DNA from: Antedon mediterranea
Lineage: Eukaryota; Animalia; Echinodermata
NCBI RefSeq assembly: GCF_964355755.1
Contig: NC_092674.1
Span: 2,480,001 to 2,544,000 of the forward strand
Direction of reading: 5' to 3'
Length of the DNA stretch: 64,000 nt
The position numbers were made by a program, and so were the translations under genes. The notes beneath the pieces are model-generated. The model was given only the letters and a program-made list of their open reading frames with translations, was not told the origin of the DNA and ran no database searches. Of this stretch, positions 1-13,829 are shown one piece after another (position 1 is the stretch's first letter; every line of letters begins with the position of its first letter).

Positions 1-76
1 GAAATATTAAAAAACCATTCATGAAATTACAAAGGTTTTGTAGGAAATACTGAAGAATTTTGAAATTTATTTTCAG

Positions 77-3000
77 AGGGAAAAATCTAAAAGGAACAAA
101 GATAAGGATCCAGATCGACGCAAGAAAAAGAAATCTAAAGATATGGGTTCGATGGTTGTAAAAGGGCTTCCAGTTAGTAGTGAGCATGATGAGGATGGAG
201 CAGGCTGGGAAAGGTACCCACAACAAGGTATGTCAACAGTACTGTACCTCTTGTAGTTGTAGACACAGGGCTAGAAAATCGCTTATTGAACTACTCACAA
301 GGTGAGCAAACAAACAAGCAGCAAATTTGTTAATAAATTAATTAATTCTGCAGTTAAGTTGAATTTACAGAAATTGGCAGATCAAGTACATATGCTAGAC
401 TAAACTATTATTACAACCAGCAAACATTAACTATTTTTGCAATTTGCTAGAAGTTTGTATTCCAATCCCTGACTGACACAAATATTATTTGTATACTATA
501 TGTACAGTATTTAGCTAAATTCCATGATACAACCCAACATGTGATTCGTATGTGACTACTGTATCATTTAAGAAATATCACATACAACGCTGTAATGATG
601 TAGCCTAAATGATTTCAATTCTATGATATGTGATACACATGAGCTATGTATTGCAGCATTTGCCTAAATACAGTACTTTGAAATTTGTTTCAGATGACTG
701 GATAGATCAAGAATCTGAGCATGAACGCGAGTTAGAAAGTCGAAGGCAAGAATTAAAACGTCAACTTGCGCAGATGGAAGAAATTGATAGTGAGAGAGAG
801 CATATACAACCAGAAAAGGTAACCTCTAGTCACCTAAAGCTTGGTTCCCATTGCAACGCCAGCGAGTTGACCAATGACAAGCGACAGTTGGATCAAATCA
901 CTTACGTGGGAATTGAACTACTGGGAATTGAACCGAGCATTCTGAATAATCATCCACTACAAGCCAATCAAATTACAGCAAATTAATGCTTTACTATCCA
1001 AAAAAGCCAATCAAATTTAGTGATCTACTGTGTTCACTAAACATTTTAATCCTTTCCCTAATGATTTCATGAATAATGGCCGTATTCACCAATCACACTT
1101 CAAGGATAAATTGGTCCTAAATACTAAGTATTTTCATAACGCACACATAGGTAACACATCATAATTATCACAACCATTTGTTTTTATTATTAACTTTTTA
1201 ATATTATTACCTTATTGTTTTTTAATGGCATCTGCTTAAAAGCTTTACTTATTTTGAGTTCCTTTTTCCTAACTTTTTAATGACATTGTTGTGCATATCC
1301 TTACTTTTATGGAATAAATTGATTTTAGATTGATAGATAATGATACCATTTTTGTAGTCTTCCAGTGAGAGTAGCTCATCATCAAGCTCAAGTAGCGATA
1401 GTGACAGCACCTCCAGTAGCAGCAGCAGTAGCAGTAGCAGCAGCAGTGAAGAAAGTCTGTCGCGATCTCCGTCACCTGTTAGTCGCAAAACAAAGAAAAA
1501 GAGACTGCTAAAACAGGGTAAACGTGATAAGGCTGCCACCGCGGAAGTAAAGCAGAAGCGTGGAAGATCTCGTGAAAAAAAGTATAAACCGTAAGTTGAT
1601 ATTCCATTTCCTCATGTTTTAACAAATTTTAACGGTTATGGTATTTGTCCTTGAAAATATTATATATATTATTAAGTTGATGTAACGTTACGGCGAGTTT
1701 CGTTGAATTGACTGTTGAATTGACCGTTGAATTGACCGGATTCAAAAATGTTACAGGCAATAAGTAGCATTTCTTTTTATTTACAGTGTGAAGGATAAAA
1801 GAATTATTTCACCAGATCAGCCAAAAGGGAAACATAAAGGTCACATAAGTTCAAGTAAACAAGCGTCTTTAGGTCAAAAGTCAAAAGGTCATGATTTAGA
1901 TCAACCAAAGAAAATTAAACACAAAGAAAACAAGAAAAAAGTAGCAAAATTTGAAGGAAAATCAAAAGATTTAGAAAAGAAAAGAAAAAGGTATGAATAA
2001 ACAACAATATATGTCTGTACGAGGCCAACACTTTTCAATATCATATATTTTGTCATTGTTTAATCTTCAGTTGGGCAACACATAATGATAAATAAGTCAC
2101 ATGGACAGTAGTATCTTTTTTAACCACCCTTGAGAAAGAGTGTATCAATTATTAACTGCTATTTTATTTCTAGTTATCCGAGTTTTCTCTCATATATGTC
2201 CTTTTATTAACTGCACAGGAGTCGATCTGGACCAAAGGATGAAAAACTGCCTTCAAATGTTACTCATCAAAAGAAAAAAATTGTATCGGAAATGATTCCA
2301 CACAAGAGAGCGTCTTTGACACCGCCACCGCCGCCGCAAAATCAAAAGGGCCGTGGATACACTTCCCCATCTAAGACATATTCTCCCTCAACGCCAACTC
2401 AATCTGAATCTCCTTACTCCGTAAACCGCGATCGTAGCCCTTCCTCTCCCCCTACTCAAAAGCAAATACCTTTTGAACGCTACCGTGACTGTTCGCCTAG
2501 TGTACCATCAAAAAGAGGTCGTGCTTCCCATTCATATGGAAATATGTCTCAAACTTCAAGCAGGGGTCCAACACCACCTACTCAATTCCGAAAGAGACCT
2601 CACTCACCGTCGCCCTCAAGCTCACGTAGGTCTTACTCTCCAGCTGTTAAACGTTCAATATCTCCTAGACCGAGGGTAGAGCAGTACAGGACCGGGTCAT
2701 CTGAAAGATATGACTCCAGAAAAAGCAGCAAATACGCTACACCTCCAGGTAAGGACACATAACCTATACATTCCTGCACTTCCAAATTCACAATGAATTC
2801 TGAAACAGAACTTTCTTAAAACTTGATATTGTTTATTGATGTATATAACCATATATCTGTCTCTATTTTACAAAAATTAGGCTACAAAGACAGATCTGAA
2901 GAACTGTATCCACCGCAAGAACACAGCCGCGGTCGAGGTCGTGGTAAGTACTATCGAGATGTACCGATTCCGCCTCATATTCCGATGGATGATCGTTATC

Positions 3001-6000
3001 GGATGAACAAATATGCACCACGTCACCATGCTCCCCCAATTCAAGATGAGCGACGAGGGCGAGGGAATTACGAGCGATATGAGCACCGTGATCACGGTGA
3101 TGCTTATTATCGTAAGGACAATCCTGAGGGAAGGTAAGGACAAATTTTTTTTTATATCAAGTTTCGTAACATTTATTTACTCTGACATAAAAAATAATAA
3201 TGTACAAAGCAATAAAATAATGATATGAGGTCAGAGTTTGAAACTTTGCTATTTACTTTTTTATTATTATTTAGAAAACGACCACGAGACGAAGTAAGAC
3301 CTATATCGCCATCCCAGAAGCGTAGGCAGCTTAATGAGTCTGGCTCAAGTAGTAGACAAAGAGGCTTGGGACAAAGTCCAAGTCCAGGCCCACGAGACCA
3401 AAGAAGAGAACAGCCCCGTGAAGGTTACCGTCGACCTGCAGACATGCCAGCTGATGCCAATAGATATCCACAACATGGGAGGGATTCCCAACACGGGAGG
3501 GATCGCTATAAAGATTGGTCAATGGAAGAACAAAGAGATTACAGGAAAGAGGACTCTAAAGATAGGGATACAAGATATAAAGAAACAGGGCTGGCTATTC
3601 AGGAATCATTCCGACCGAATGACAGACCATTAGAACAAGCATCAGTTAAACATGGAATGGAAGACAACGGCGAAGACAAAAAAAATAAAGAAAACATTGA
3701 AAATAAGAGTATAGACAGTGACAGACCACCGAAAGAAGAAGTTGAACCCGTATTTAGTGATTGGTCAGATGAGGAAGGGAGTGAAGAGATATGGAATGAA
3801 GATTCTTCTGATAGAAAGAAAGAAGAATCTTTAGCGGTAACACCAAAAGACATTCCAATGAAATCTGAAGACCAAAAGAAGGAACCCAAAGAGTACAAGC
3901 AAAAAGAGAGACGGATAATCATGTCTGAACAACAAGAACGTTCTAGAAGAAGTCATAGCAGAGGCAGCTCTTCTAGTCAACAGAGTTCTGTAAATTCTGA
4001 TAACCAAAATAAACGACAAAGAGAGTATTACGAGCGGGAACGATATCAAAGAGTGCGAGGGGAGAGACCTCGGAGCGAAACTCGGAGCGGATTAACAGAC
4101 AAACCGGTAATTAACACAGAACCTTTCAAACAAGTTGAGATAAGAAAGGAGGTATCGAGCGAAGGAAGTGTCCCTCCTCCTCCTCCTCCTCCTCCTCCGA
4201 GCATTGACACCTGTGTGGAAGCAAAAGGAGACAGGTCTCCAGTAGCTGAGCCTAGACATTTTGAGGATGATGTAAAAATGGAGAATACTAGCAATAATAT
4301 CTATGATTCATTCAGTGATGATGATGATATTGAGAAAGTCTTACATAGTGAATCTACTGATACAGCAGGCTTACAAACGAAGGAACCTGAATCTGATATA
4401 GGTAAGGCCTATACAACTGAGTGCAAGTGCCTTGTTAGACATTTTATTTTATTTCACCTTATTTATGGAGCATTGATTTTATACCTATATTTATAGAGGG
4501 TGACCCTAAAAACATATACTGACAATCAAGGGGCCCTCTTGATTACTTATGACAGTGGCCGTGTATATACAGTATTATATAACACCTATATAAATTCCTG
4601 TCATTTGATTGGACGAATGTGGGTTACATGGCGTGCAATAGTACGCACTATTCAACGATCGTTAAATAGTACTTTTTGAAACATTTTTGTGTACGAAAAA
4701 AAAAACGTCTAGATGTTATATAAAACAAATAATGAATGTTTTGTATTCGTGTAATGGTACAAATAATGGCACTTGGTGAATGATGAAAGGTTATATCAAC
4801 TCGGCTTTGCCTCGTTGATATAACCTTTCATCATTCACCTCGTGCCATTATTTGTACCATTGCACTCATAAACATTCATTATTTGTATACTAGTACACCG
4901 TTCCTACTCGTCTTGAAAGATGTACTAGATTCTTTAAAGTGCACATGAGCTAGATGTGTACTCTAGAACTACGGTTTATAGTCCTTATCCGTAGAGACTT
5001 GTTCTACCACCAGAACGATGAGGCTTTTATTATATGATCATTCCCAAGCATCACTTATTTTCGGAGTTTATTTCCATAACAATAGTTATGTAATCCAATT
5101 AATCCACACAACTTTTACTGTCATTTCTCCTAATTTTTATTATTTTCTTACATGCAGCAAAAGATTTGTTAGAGATAGATTGGAGTAGTCTTAAAGATTA
5201 CAAAACGGAGAACAAGACCAACCAACCTGGGTCTGCACTAAGTCGCTTCACACCAGGTAGCATTCTTTCTCGTATCGGAGTGTCAAGAACACTGGCAGGG
5301 CCTAGCCTCATGAAAAGAGTTTTAGAAGCTTGTAAAGAGGCAACACCAGAAGGAGGTAACGAATGAATGGCAATTCTATGTACAAACACCTGAATAGTGT
5401 TCAGTGACTCTATTCTGTATCAAAGTGAATGATACTTAGTTTATAAGCACAATAAATTATAAAATAGTTTATATTTCTGGTTAATCGTTATGAATTTTTT
5501 GTAGGGGAAGTTCCGACATTTGATTGTGCCTTGGGTGCTTTGAATGCTATGGCTCAACAGAAAGCTCGTCAAAGAAAGAAACTTCTTTCAGATGTTGGTC
5601 CTTGTCGTAGAGCTCTATCGGCCAGATGGGACTTGCAGATAAGAAAACAACTCAGAAAATCTAGGGTAAGTTATACGTCATTATAAACAAAGAATGTGAT
5701 GCAATTGGCAGTTTGATGTCCGTTTTTCTGATGGTTTTGAAGTTGGTGTTTATGGTGGTTCTGAAGCTGATGGTGGTGTTGATTTTGAAGTTGGTGTTTA
5801 TAGTGGTTCTGATGATGGTGGTAATGGTTTTGAAGTTGGTGTTTATGGTGGTGATGGTGTTGGTTGTGGTGTTGGTTGTTTTTAGTCGCGTGGAAGCGAC
5901 TCTATAGTTCACTGTCGGTCCGGTATCACTATGCGTTTTATCGCTTTCTGACCTTATCTTGATATCAGTTTCATCTAGCTAAGTCAATTTTTCACAGTAT

Positions 6001-8750
6001 ATTCCTTATGGCCAGGAATTGATGTGGTTATGTTTTCACGGTGCGCAATAAAAAATTACGCGGTCTACGCACGATTTAACGAAATCACGTTTGTAATCAT
6101 ATCTTCACAACCATGAATCACAATTAAATAAAATTTGGTACTCATAAATTTCAGGGCATAAATCATCATATGGCAATACAATTACGTGCGTAGTGCATGT
6201 AATGCATGCGTATGCGCGCTTAAAATTTTCAAAATTTATTTTCGACGAAATAAGAGTACGTTTCAGGCAATTTTAAGCGTTTACAAAATTGCCATGAGTG
6301 CGCAGATTTTTGCGCGCGCACTGCGCGTTAAATGTTGTTACGCACTCTTTTTGCCCGATTTCTGTTTTCTTGACTTACTTTTCAACTCGAAATTACGTTA
6401 TACGAGCACGTCAAAAGTGACCGGCTACGCACGTGTAAATTAAAAAAATATAACTTTTTAAACATTTCAACATTTTTAAACATGTTCAGTAATTTCGGTC
6501 AGTTGGTAGGTTGGTCGGTCGGTCGGTAAACACTAAGCACGCGACTGCAGCCATCTATATGGCCTTGTTAAGTTGGTGTTTATGGTGGTTCTGATGATGG
6601 TGGTGGTTGTGGTGTTGGTTTTGAAGTTGGTGTTTATGGTGGTTCTGATGATGGTGGTGTTGGTTTTAAAGTTGGTGGTTCTGATGATGGTGGTTGTGGT
6701 GTTGGTTTTGAAGTTGATGTTTATGGTGGTTCTGATGATGGTGGTGGTTGTTGTGTTGGTTTTGAAGTTGATGTTTATGGTGGTTCTGATGATGGTGGTG
6801 GTTGTGGTGTTGGTTTTGAAGTTGGTGTTTATGGTGGTTCTGATGATGATGGTGGTTGTGGTGTTGGTTTTGAAGTTGATGTTTATGGTGGTTCTGATGA
6901 TGGTGGTGGTTGTTGTGTTGGTTTTGAAGTTGGTGTTTATGGTGGTTCTGATGATGATGGTGGTTGTGGTGTTGGTTTTGAAGTTGATGTTTATGGTGGT
7001 TCTGATGATGGTAGTGGTTGTTGTGTTGATTTTAAAGTTGATGTTTGTGGTTCTGATGATGGTGGTGGTTGTTGTGTTGGTTTTGAAGTTGGTGTTTATG
7101 GTGGTTCTGATGATGGTGGTGTTGGTTTTAAAGTTGTTGTTTCTGGTGGTTCTGATGATGATGGTGGTTGTGGTGTTGGTTTTGAAGTTGATGTTTATGG
7201 TGGTTCTGATGATGGTAGTGGTTGTTGTGTTGATTTTGAAGTTGATGTTTGTGGTTCTGATGATGGTGGTGGTTGTTGTGTTGGTTTTGAAGTTGGTGTT
7301 TATGGTGGTTCTGATGATGGTGGTGTTGGTTTTAAAGTTGGTGTTTATGGTGGTTCTGATGATGATGGTGGTTGTGGTGTTGGTTTTGAAGTTGATCTTA
7401 TGGTGGTTCTGATGATGGTAGTGGTTGTTGTGTTGATTTTGAAGTTGATGTTTGTGGTTCTGATGATGGTGGTGGTGGTTGTTGTGTTGGTTTTGAAGTT
7501 GGTGTTTATGGTGGTTCTGATGATGGTGGTGTTGGTTTTAAAGTTGGTGTTTATGGTGGTTCTGATGATGATGATGGTGGTTGTGGTGTTGGTTTTGAAG
7601 TTGATGTTTATGGTGGTTCTGATGATGGTGGTGGTTGTGGTGTTGGTTTTGAAGTTGGTGTTTATGGTGGTTCTGATGATGATGGTGGTTGTGGTGTTGG
7701 TTTTGAAGTTGATGTTTATGGTGGTTCTGATGATGGTGGTGGTTGTTGTGTTGGTTTTGAAGTTGGTGTTTATGGTGGTTCTGATGATGATGGTGGTTGT
7801 GGTGTTGGTTTTGAAGTTGATGTTTATGGTGGTTCTGATGATGGTAGTGGTTGTTGTGTTGATTTTGAAGTTGATGTTTGTGGTTCTGATGATGGTGGTG
7901 GTTGTTGTGTTGGTTTTGAAGTTGGTGTTTATGGTGGTTCTGATGATGGTGGTGTTGGTTTTAAAGTTGGTGTTTATGGTGGTTCTGATGATGATGGTGG
8001 TTGTGGTGTTGATTTTGAAGTTGATGTTTATGGTGGTTCTGATGATGGTAGTAGTTGTTGTGTTGATTTTGAAGTTGATGTGTGTGGTTCTGATTATGGT
8101 GGTGGTTGTTGTGTTGGTTTTGAAGTTGGTGTTTATGGTGGTTCTGATGATGATGGTGGTGGTGGTGGTGTTGGTTTTATGGTGTTGGTACTACCACACT
8201 ATTCTAGTGTGCCATAATCCAAGTGACTATTATATACGCAATCAGCAGTGCATGCAATTTATTATTTTCTCTCTGAATGGTTGATGTAATACTAGAGTAA
8301 TAAATAAATTTGACACACACCTTCAAGCGTGCTGGTATTTCTTACCAGACCAAATATTGTCTCTGTCTAATTAACCATGGTCATAGAAAATACAGATTTT
8401 AATGCACAAAATCAACCGTGTGCCTATAGAAACATTTTAATTCTCTCTATTTATGAATTTTTGTTTTATATTTTATATTTATCTGTTTTTTATCGTACTA
8501 ATATCTGCCAATCTTTAAGATGAATTTCTAGTGTTATTTTATTATGATAATGGACAAGTAAAGCATTTCAGTATTGAGTATAGAACATTAATGAGAATGT
8601 CACATTGTCACATTTTCATTGTAGGATGTAAATGTGTTCAACACTTCGCCAGTGGATCCTGATTTATACAAACATAGTTTACAGCTTTTTAATTCTAAAG
8701 ACTTCACACCTCAAGTGTTACCATCGACGCACGTGTTAATTGAAACGTAG
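77..8750 (+). CDS. ZC3H13: Zinc finger CCCH domain-containing protein 13 (m6A writer complex subunit, Flacc ortholog), 5'-partial, 10 exons in window
   Basis: GT-AG exons with consistent phases: 77-227, 694-818, 1358-1590, 1787-1990, 2219-2748, 2881-3133, 3275-4401, 5158-5355, 5505-5665, 8625-8750 (TAG). Long R/S/E-rich low-complexity body; C-terminus EIDWSSL...RFTPGSILSRIGVSRTLAG...LGALN...LLSDVGPCRRALSARWDLQIRKQL...VDPDLYKHSLQLF resembles the conserved ZC3H13 C-terminal domain as I recall it. The zinc finger would lie upstream of the window. Confidence 0.9.
266..471. mobile_element. Degenerate MITE with CAGGG termini
   Basis: Starts cagggctagaa, ends ttccaatccctg (imperfect TIR); resembles the tagggctcgaaattc...agcaaa fragment at ~37810. 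No clean TSD. Confidence 0.45.
4497..5010 (-). mobile_element. Deu/Nin-domain SINE, lacking its tRNA head, interrupted by the hairpin element at 4575-4889
   Basis: Reverse complement matches the body of the SINE at 35418-35713 (ggataaggactataaaccgtag, catctagctcatgtgcactttaaagaa). Confidence 0.75.
4575..4889 (-). mobile_element. Non-autonomous long-hairpin element, same family as 37504-39674 and 39696-39999
   Basis: About 75-bp inverted arms around a central ctcggctttgcctcg; near-identical to the reverse complement of the DKC1 intron-10 copies. Confidence 0.8.
5713..8180. repeat. G/T-rich minisatellite (~50-65 bp unit ttgaagttggtgtttatggtggttctgatgatggtggtggttgtggtgttggtt) in the last ZC3H13 intron
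   Basis: Directly visible tandem array, split by the element at 5884-6569; source of the Val/Met-rich ORFs at 5713, 6573 and 7400. Confidence 0.95.
5884..6569 (+). mobile_element. HINE/DINE-1-like non-autonomous Helentron element, copy 1
   Basis: Inserted in a T-run; subterminal inverted repeat agtcgcgtg/cacgcgact; 5' short hairpin agtcgc-gtggaa-gcgact; (ggtc)n microsatellite; 3' hairpin gccat-ctat-atggc; highly similar to 21705-22565. Confidence 0.8.
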
Positions 8751-8940
8751 TGCGCGATGTCAAAGGTCATATACTGTACTGGGATTGTGTCGAGAGTCAT
8801 AGGCTGATCTGAAGGGAGAGAGAGACTGCCGGCATGTACAGCAACATCTGAAAACAACTGAATCGGGGATGAAACATTACAGATTCTTCTTTTTATTAAA
8901 TGAATATTTTAAGGCAAATAAGTGAAATAAAATCACTTCT

Positions 8941-9052
8941 TAAAGCATTGTTTACACTATCAAACTTTATGTGACTAATGTGATGTGCCCATGTACATGA
9001 TGATGTCATATCACTAACATTTTTGGGAAAATTATAAAATAGACAGAGCTTT
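8941..9052. mobile_element. Tourist/Harbinger-like MITE family (agctctgtctacactatcaaac...gtttgatagtgtagacagagct), degenerate copy
   Basis: Same family at ~15396-15505, 28957-29114, 33877-34088, 41520-41685, 49810-49954, 50091-50221, 61964-62118, 62674-62829; TIRs typically flanked by TAA/TTA. Confidence 0.75.
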
Positions 9053-9608
9053 CAATTAATATGCTTCCCTTTCGTTTCATTTTATTAAAAATTCATATAA
9101 AAATTCTGCAAAATGTCAACATATCACTTGAGTGTTAAATAAATCATTTTAAACAATTACATTATCTAATGTAAATGTGTACATGCGTTATCTCAAAAAG
9201 ATAATACATCTATGTGTAGAGTGAGACGTCAATTAAAACAGTCTAGTTACACTTGTGTTTATTTGTGTACCCAGTGTCCCATAAAAAAGAAAGAAAAACA
9301 AGCCTGTTGATTGTTTTGTTGCCAGACAAGTTAAATTATGCAAACACCAAAAGCTTGTTTCCCACTACGACGTAGCGCAAGGATTACTTAATAACCTTCA
9401 CCAAATAAGTTTTTAACTTATCTTCCAAAGAATCGGAATTCTGTAATTCAAATAATAATAATATATTAAATATAAATAATATAATAATTGATAAAATGCA
9501 CTTATCAACTGTAGGCCTACTATTACTTATATAATAATTAACACTCCTAAATTGAAACGGACTAAAATTATACATTACTGCAGTAGTAAGTAGTTACTGC
9601 AGTGATCC

Positions 9609-11552
9609 TTAACTTAAAGGAAATGCAATTGGAATTTTGTAATTAAATAACATAAAATCGTACTTAAATTTATGGTAGATATCGGATACAAGAGAAGTGG
9701 GTATTTTGGCGTATGCTTTCTCGAGTTTGCTTGAGCTATTGGTGAAGTGCTTCCCGGTCGAATGTGGAAATGTTATGTTTGCTTTCGAACGCGTTAAAAT
9801 GTATTTCGATTCGTTTTCTATATCCTCAAAATGACCTATGACGTCATAGTGGATATCGCACGGATAGCAAACTCTGTGCATTTCCCGCCAATGATCGTTA
9901 AATCTAGTTATCATACCATCTATAACAAAATTTAAAAAATCTTCAAATTGTACTGTTTTACTTTCGTCTTGTTTGTTTGATCTAAACCGTGACCATATTG
10001 TATTGTATATTCCTTGAAACTGTCCGTGGTTCTTCTGTTCTGGGTTAAATTTATCGTTGTAAGCAGACAATAATCGTGAGAACGGATTCCTTACAAACAT
10101 AAACGTTGTGTATTTTTTCAAGATTTCGTTTTGTTTCTTTACTGGAAAACTACTCAAATATTTGACTTGTTTCTTCCACGCGGCACTCACTTGCGTATGT
10201 GTCATCTTCATTACATCGTTGTACTTCGTCTTTCCAGCTAAAACCAGCATAATTCTAGCCCAGCTGTCCGTTGCAACTTTTGGTGTCTGGCAATAGACCA
10301 TCTTGTGTTTTTCATTCACTAACAGTATTGGTTTAGCAGTCATTTTAGTTATTTTGTTTTGGTGGAGCTGGCACATCTGTTTTATGTGTTTGTTGCGCTC
10401 TACGTGTAAAGCTGAATATCGTGCCATGAATTCAGCTTCGGTTTCCAGAAAATTAATCTAGAATAGGAAATTGAATTTATTTGAAGAAAAAAAAAGGATA
10501 GATTCGGTTCTAAAAGTTTTATTATTATAATATACAATAAGCTTAACCAGACCGATACGACTTTGTTTAAGCACAATCGATCGTCAGGAAATATGTTTCT
10601 TCTTTTCATAAGGAAAAAACTATAGAAATCCAAAGAACAATACTGTACATATTATTTAGGAAAATAGATTTTATAGTTGTGACCTGACAATTTAAATCAA
10701 GGCAAGGTCAAAACTCTTCTTTATTTAAAAATTTCCAAAAAGGTCGTTCTACTATCAGTGTAATAATATTATTATTTAAACCAACACTATACATTTTAAA
10801 CTCGAGCTGGCGGCGTTTGTCACGAGAAGTTACAATTATTGTTATCCAAAATTAGAAAACCTAAGAGACGGACACAATTCCAAACCCTTTTTTCTTTGAG
10901 TTTTAAAATATCTGTACTTTTTGAAAAATTGTTCTTTTTACTTTACATTGTTATTCATGATTTTGAATTAAATTAATTATTTCAGTTTCAGATTCAGAAA
11001 TAATCTATGGAATATTAAAAATGTAGACCTGCTTTGTATTTATATAAAATGCACATTTACCTGTTTATTTGAACCATTGTGACTGCTGTTAGTAGTTAGG
11101 CTGGTTGAAAAAGTTGGTCTGATTTCTGTATCATACAAAATAATAAGTTATTTCATTAACGAAAACTATATACACATCTCAACCTCCTAATTGTTGTATA
11201 TTTTAATATTATACAACAAAGTAAGTAGTCTAAAATGAATAAAGTGACATCGGGCCTCGTCGACGACGCTGTCGTCGGATCATGACGCGTTTGAAGGAAT
11301 CGATAATTATATTGGTGACGCTTTTTTAACAAATCTCGAGTGAAATTATTTAATTATCAATATAATCCGAAACAAACATCTTAGTATATAGCCGCCTAAT
11401 AATATAATAATTTTTCGTTATTATTCACCTTTTTTGAAATTTAACGGTTTGTTAACTGCTGTAGATCCCATGTACATGAGGTATATCAAGCCGTACATAA
11501 CTGCACCAATGAAAAAGAGTAGGCATATTCTTCTTCTTTTGATAATCATCAT
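9609..11552 (-). CDS. Carbohydrate sulfotransferase (Sulfotransfer_2 family, CHST8-14/HNK-1ST type), copy 1, ~345 aa, type II Golgi membrane protein
   Basis: Exons 11552-11429 (MMIIKRRRICLLFFIGAVMYGLIYLMYMG signal anchor), 11125-11061 and 10457-9609, in phase. 5'-PSB-like YCQTPKVATDSW, 3'-PB FVRNPFSRLLSAY, NDHW...CYPC...YDVIGHFE and DFMLFNY motifs. Confidence 0.9.
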
Positions 11553-13431
11553 CGTCAGGCCTACGCACCTATAATAACAGCAATAATGAGTACTACACTA
11601 TATCAAAGCCATAATGTGGTTTTGGAAAGGTGAGGTGTCGTGTCGGTACCCAGACTTCGTCCTCTTAACCTCTAAACACGGCGTATATTTAAGCATTGAT
11701 TGAAGGCGTACTTAATGTATGTTATTACATTATCTAACATAATGCAAAGGTTATTATTGGACTTCCATGTGTCAGTCAGAGCAAAATGGCAAAAGGTTTC
11801 CTACTTTCAAGGAGTTTTATCTATATTGTTTGACAACTCTTGTAACATGTTGACAGTGCTGATTTTGCCATTTTTCTGGTTGTGTGAAGGTTGTTTTTTT
11901 ACTCAATTATAGTTTTAAACAATCCTGCAGAGAATTGGGTTATTAGCAAAATGCAGTTATACTGATATTTCATATTCAATGTTGGATATCTTTTACAAAA
12001 CTTATAAATATCATAAACTTTTGGTCATTAATCAAGTATTCAGAGTTACCAAAAGTTCAATTAGCGCATCACAAGAAATAAAAAGAGACCAATAGTTAAC
12101 AAATCATGTGAAGACCATGGCACTTTCAAGATAAATAAACTCTTTGGCTCCGTGATAACATTTAGACATTTACATATAAAAAAGGAATGGATTAGATCTT
12201 CGGATCCTTCATTACAGTGGACATGTGCTATCATTGTCCTGTTGCCATTTTGCTATTGAGAGGTAATGTGTTAGAGCGAGCCTTGAATTTTAAACTAATT
12301 GCTGTAAAGTTATTTATTTTTAGGAGATTTTTTTTTTTATCAGGAAGTTCCCTGATTTACAATTAATACACTCCTTTTAAGGGAGGATTTTTTTTATTAC
12401 AGTTTCGTTATATAGTAAGAATCAATTTGCTTAATTGATTATTACAACATTTTTGTCCAGTTAAGAGCCATTTCACATTTGTTGAGAATGTCTTTGATAT
12501 TATACATCCATTTCCATCTTGTTAAGCTCTTTTGGTCTTAACGTATAATAGAAGGCAAGTTAGACATGATCGTTTTTCATTGTTAATAACCGTTCGACAT
12601 AACTAACTTTACTTTATTGTATAACTAACTAACTAACTTTACTGTATATTGATCATATAGTATGCAGGGTAATTTCAACCGATTTTATACTGTTTTCACG
12701 CTAAAAAATAACACGAGTGGGTCGCGCTTAAATCAAAAGTCCGGAAAAACTACGTAGCATTAGTTATAAATTGTTATATTGCTGTAGGCCTACAGGTTAT
12801 TACATTTTGAAAAAAATTGACCTTTCCTAAAAAAAATAGGATAAGTATCAACGAAGTTGTGATCAATATAGTGTGAAAAATGAGTGTTAGAGCAGAGTTC
12901 ACTGTTGCTTTTAAGATAAAATAAATAATGTTACCTTTTTTTTGAGAGAAGTATCAACCTACTGTTTGCGCTGTGATATATTATATGTCGACCTTTACGT
13001 GGCGAACTAAAAACAAACTGTTCATAAAGAATGTTCCGCCTTGATGGAGAAACCCAAAGCATTTACCCAGTAGGCTCGAACAAAGGGTCGGTAGTACTGC
13101 ATTGGGTGTACTAAAACAGGAAAAAGTCTGAAGAATTCGACGACCCTGAGTGTTTTCAAGATGGCCGCGAAATTGATAAAGAGTTAAAATTTCTAACTTG
13201 GTCTATTGACATGTTTCTGCTGCCAGTAGGCCCTACTCTAATGGAATATTTTAGCCAGAAATGCTATTTCTTGCACTTTTTTTATATCTGAGTTGGCTAT
13301 GGTGATAGAGTTGGGCTCTACTGAGAATATACATATTATTAATTTATACATATTTGCTTTAATAAAATATTTTGTTTTAAACAATTTACCATGATATGCT
13401 ATATATTGATAACGACTGACCGTAGATATTT

Positions 13432-13560
13432 TCATTTCATTTTATTGTTCCACATAAAATAAATAAAAGATCAAGACAAAAACAAACCTGGTCTTTGTTT
13501 ATGTATGGAATCTCAAATAAGCCAGAAGGGCTTTAAGGCTGAGATTCCAAAAGACATTGT
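13432..13560 (-). mobile_element. Probable 3' end of an L2/Crack-type LINE (also at ~25937-26065)
   Basis: Minus strand shows a stem-loop ggaatctca...aagcccttctggctt...tgagattcc followed by AATAAA and an (aatga)n tail. Confidence 0.4.
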
Positions 13561-13829
13561 GCATGGTAACGTAAAATTGCTTTCTTAAAAAAAAAAGAAA
13601 AGAAGGCCAAACATATTTAGATGAATTTCAATATAGAAAGGAAAAATTAAGATATAAATTCCATGGAGCAAACTTATTATATCTAATGAATATTATATAT
13701 TATAAATCCAAAGGCAAATTACTGAAAAAATGACAATGCTGTGGGTATCAGTGGCTGGATCTCAATGGAGATAAAAAATAAAAGCGAAAAGCTAAACCAA
13801 AACGAGAAGTAAAACAGCCAGAAAAGTTA

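Noticed and set aside
1249-4294. Antisense and alternate-frame ORFs over ZC3H13 exons (also over DKC1, NALF and the LINE)
   Set aside because: Shadows of low-complexity coding exons, with no independent motifs.
5713-8180. Many CTGATGA motifs suggesting hammerhead or C/D-box arrays
   Set aside because: No stem II followed by GAAA and no terminal stems; the motif is simply part of the repeat unit.
6573-8284. Long Val/Met/Leu-rich ORFs (279 and 294 aa) resembling membrane proteins
   Set aside because: Translations of an intronic minisatellite built from trinucleotides; frameshift near 7397; no unique sequence.
13140-13210. YY1-like caagatggccgc as a promoter (also ~24035)
   Set aside because: Appears to lie in a degraded repeat ending ggtctattg; no associated exon identified.
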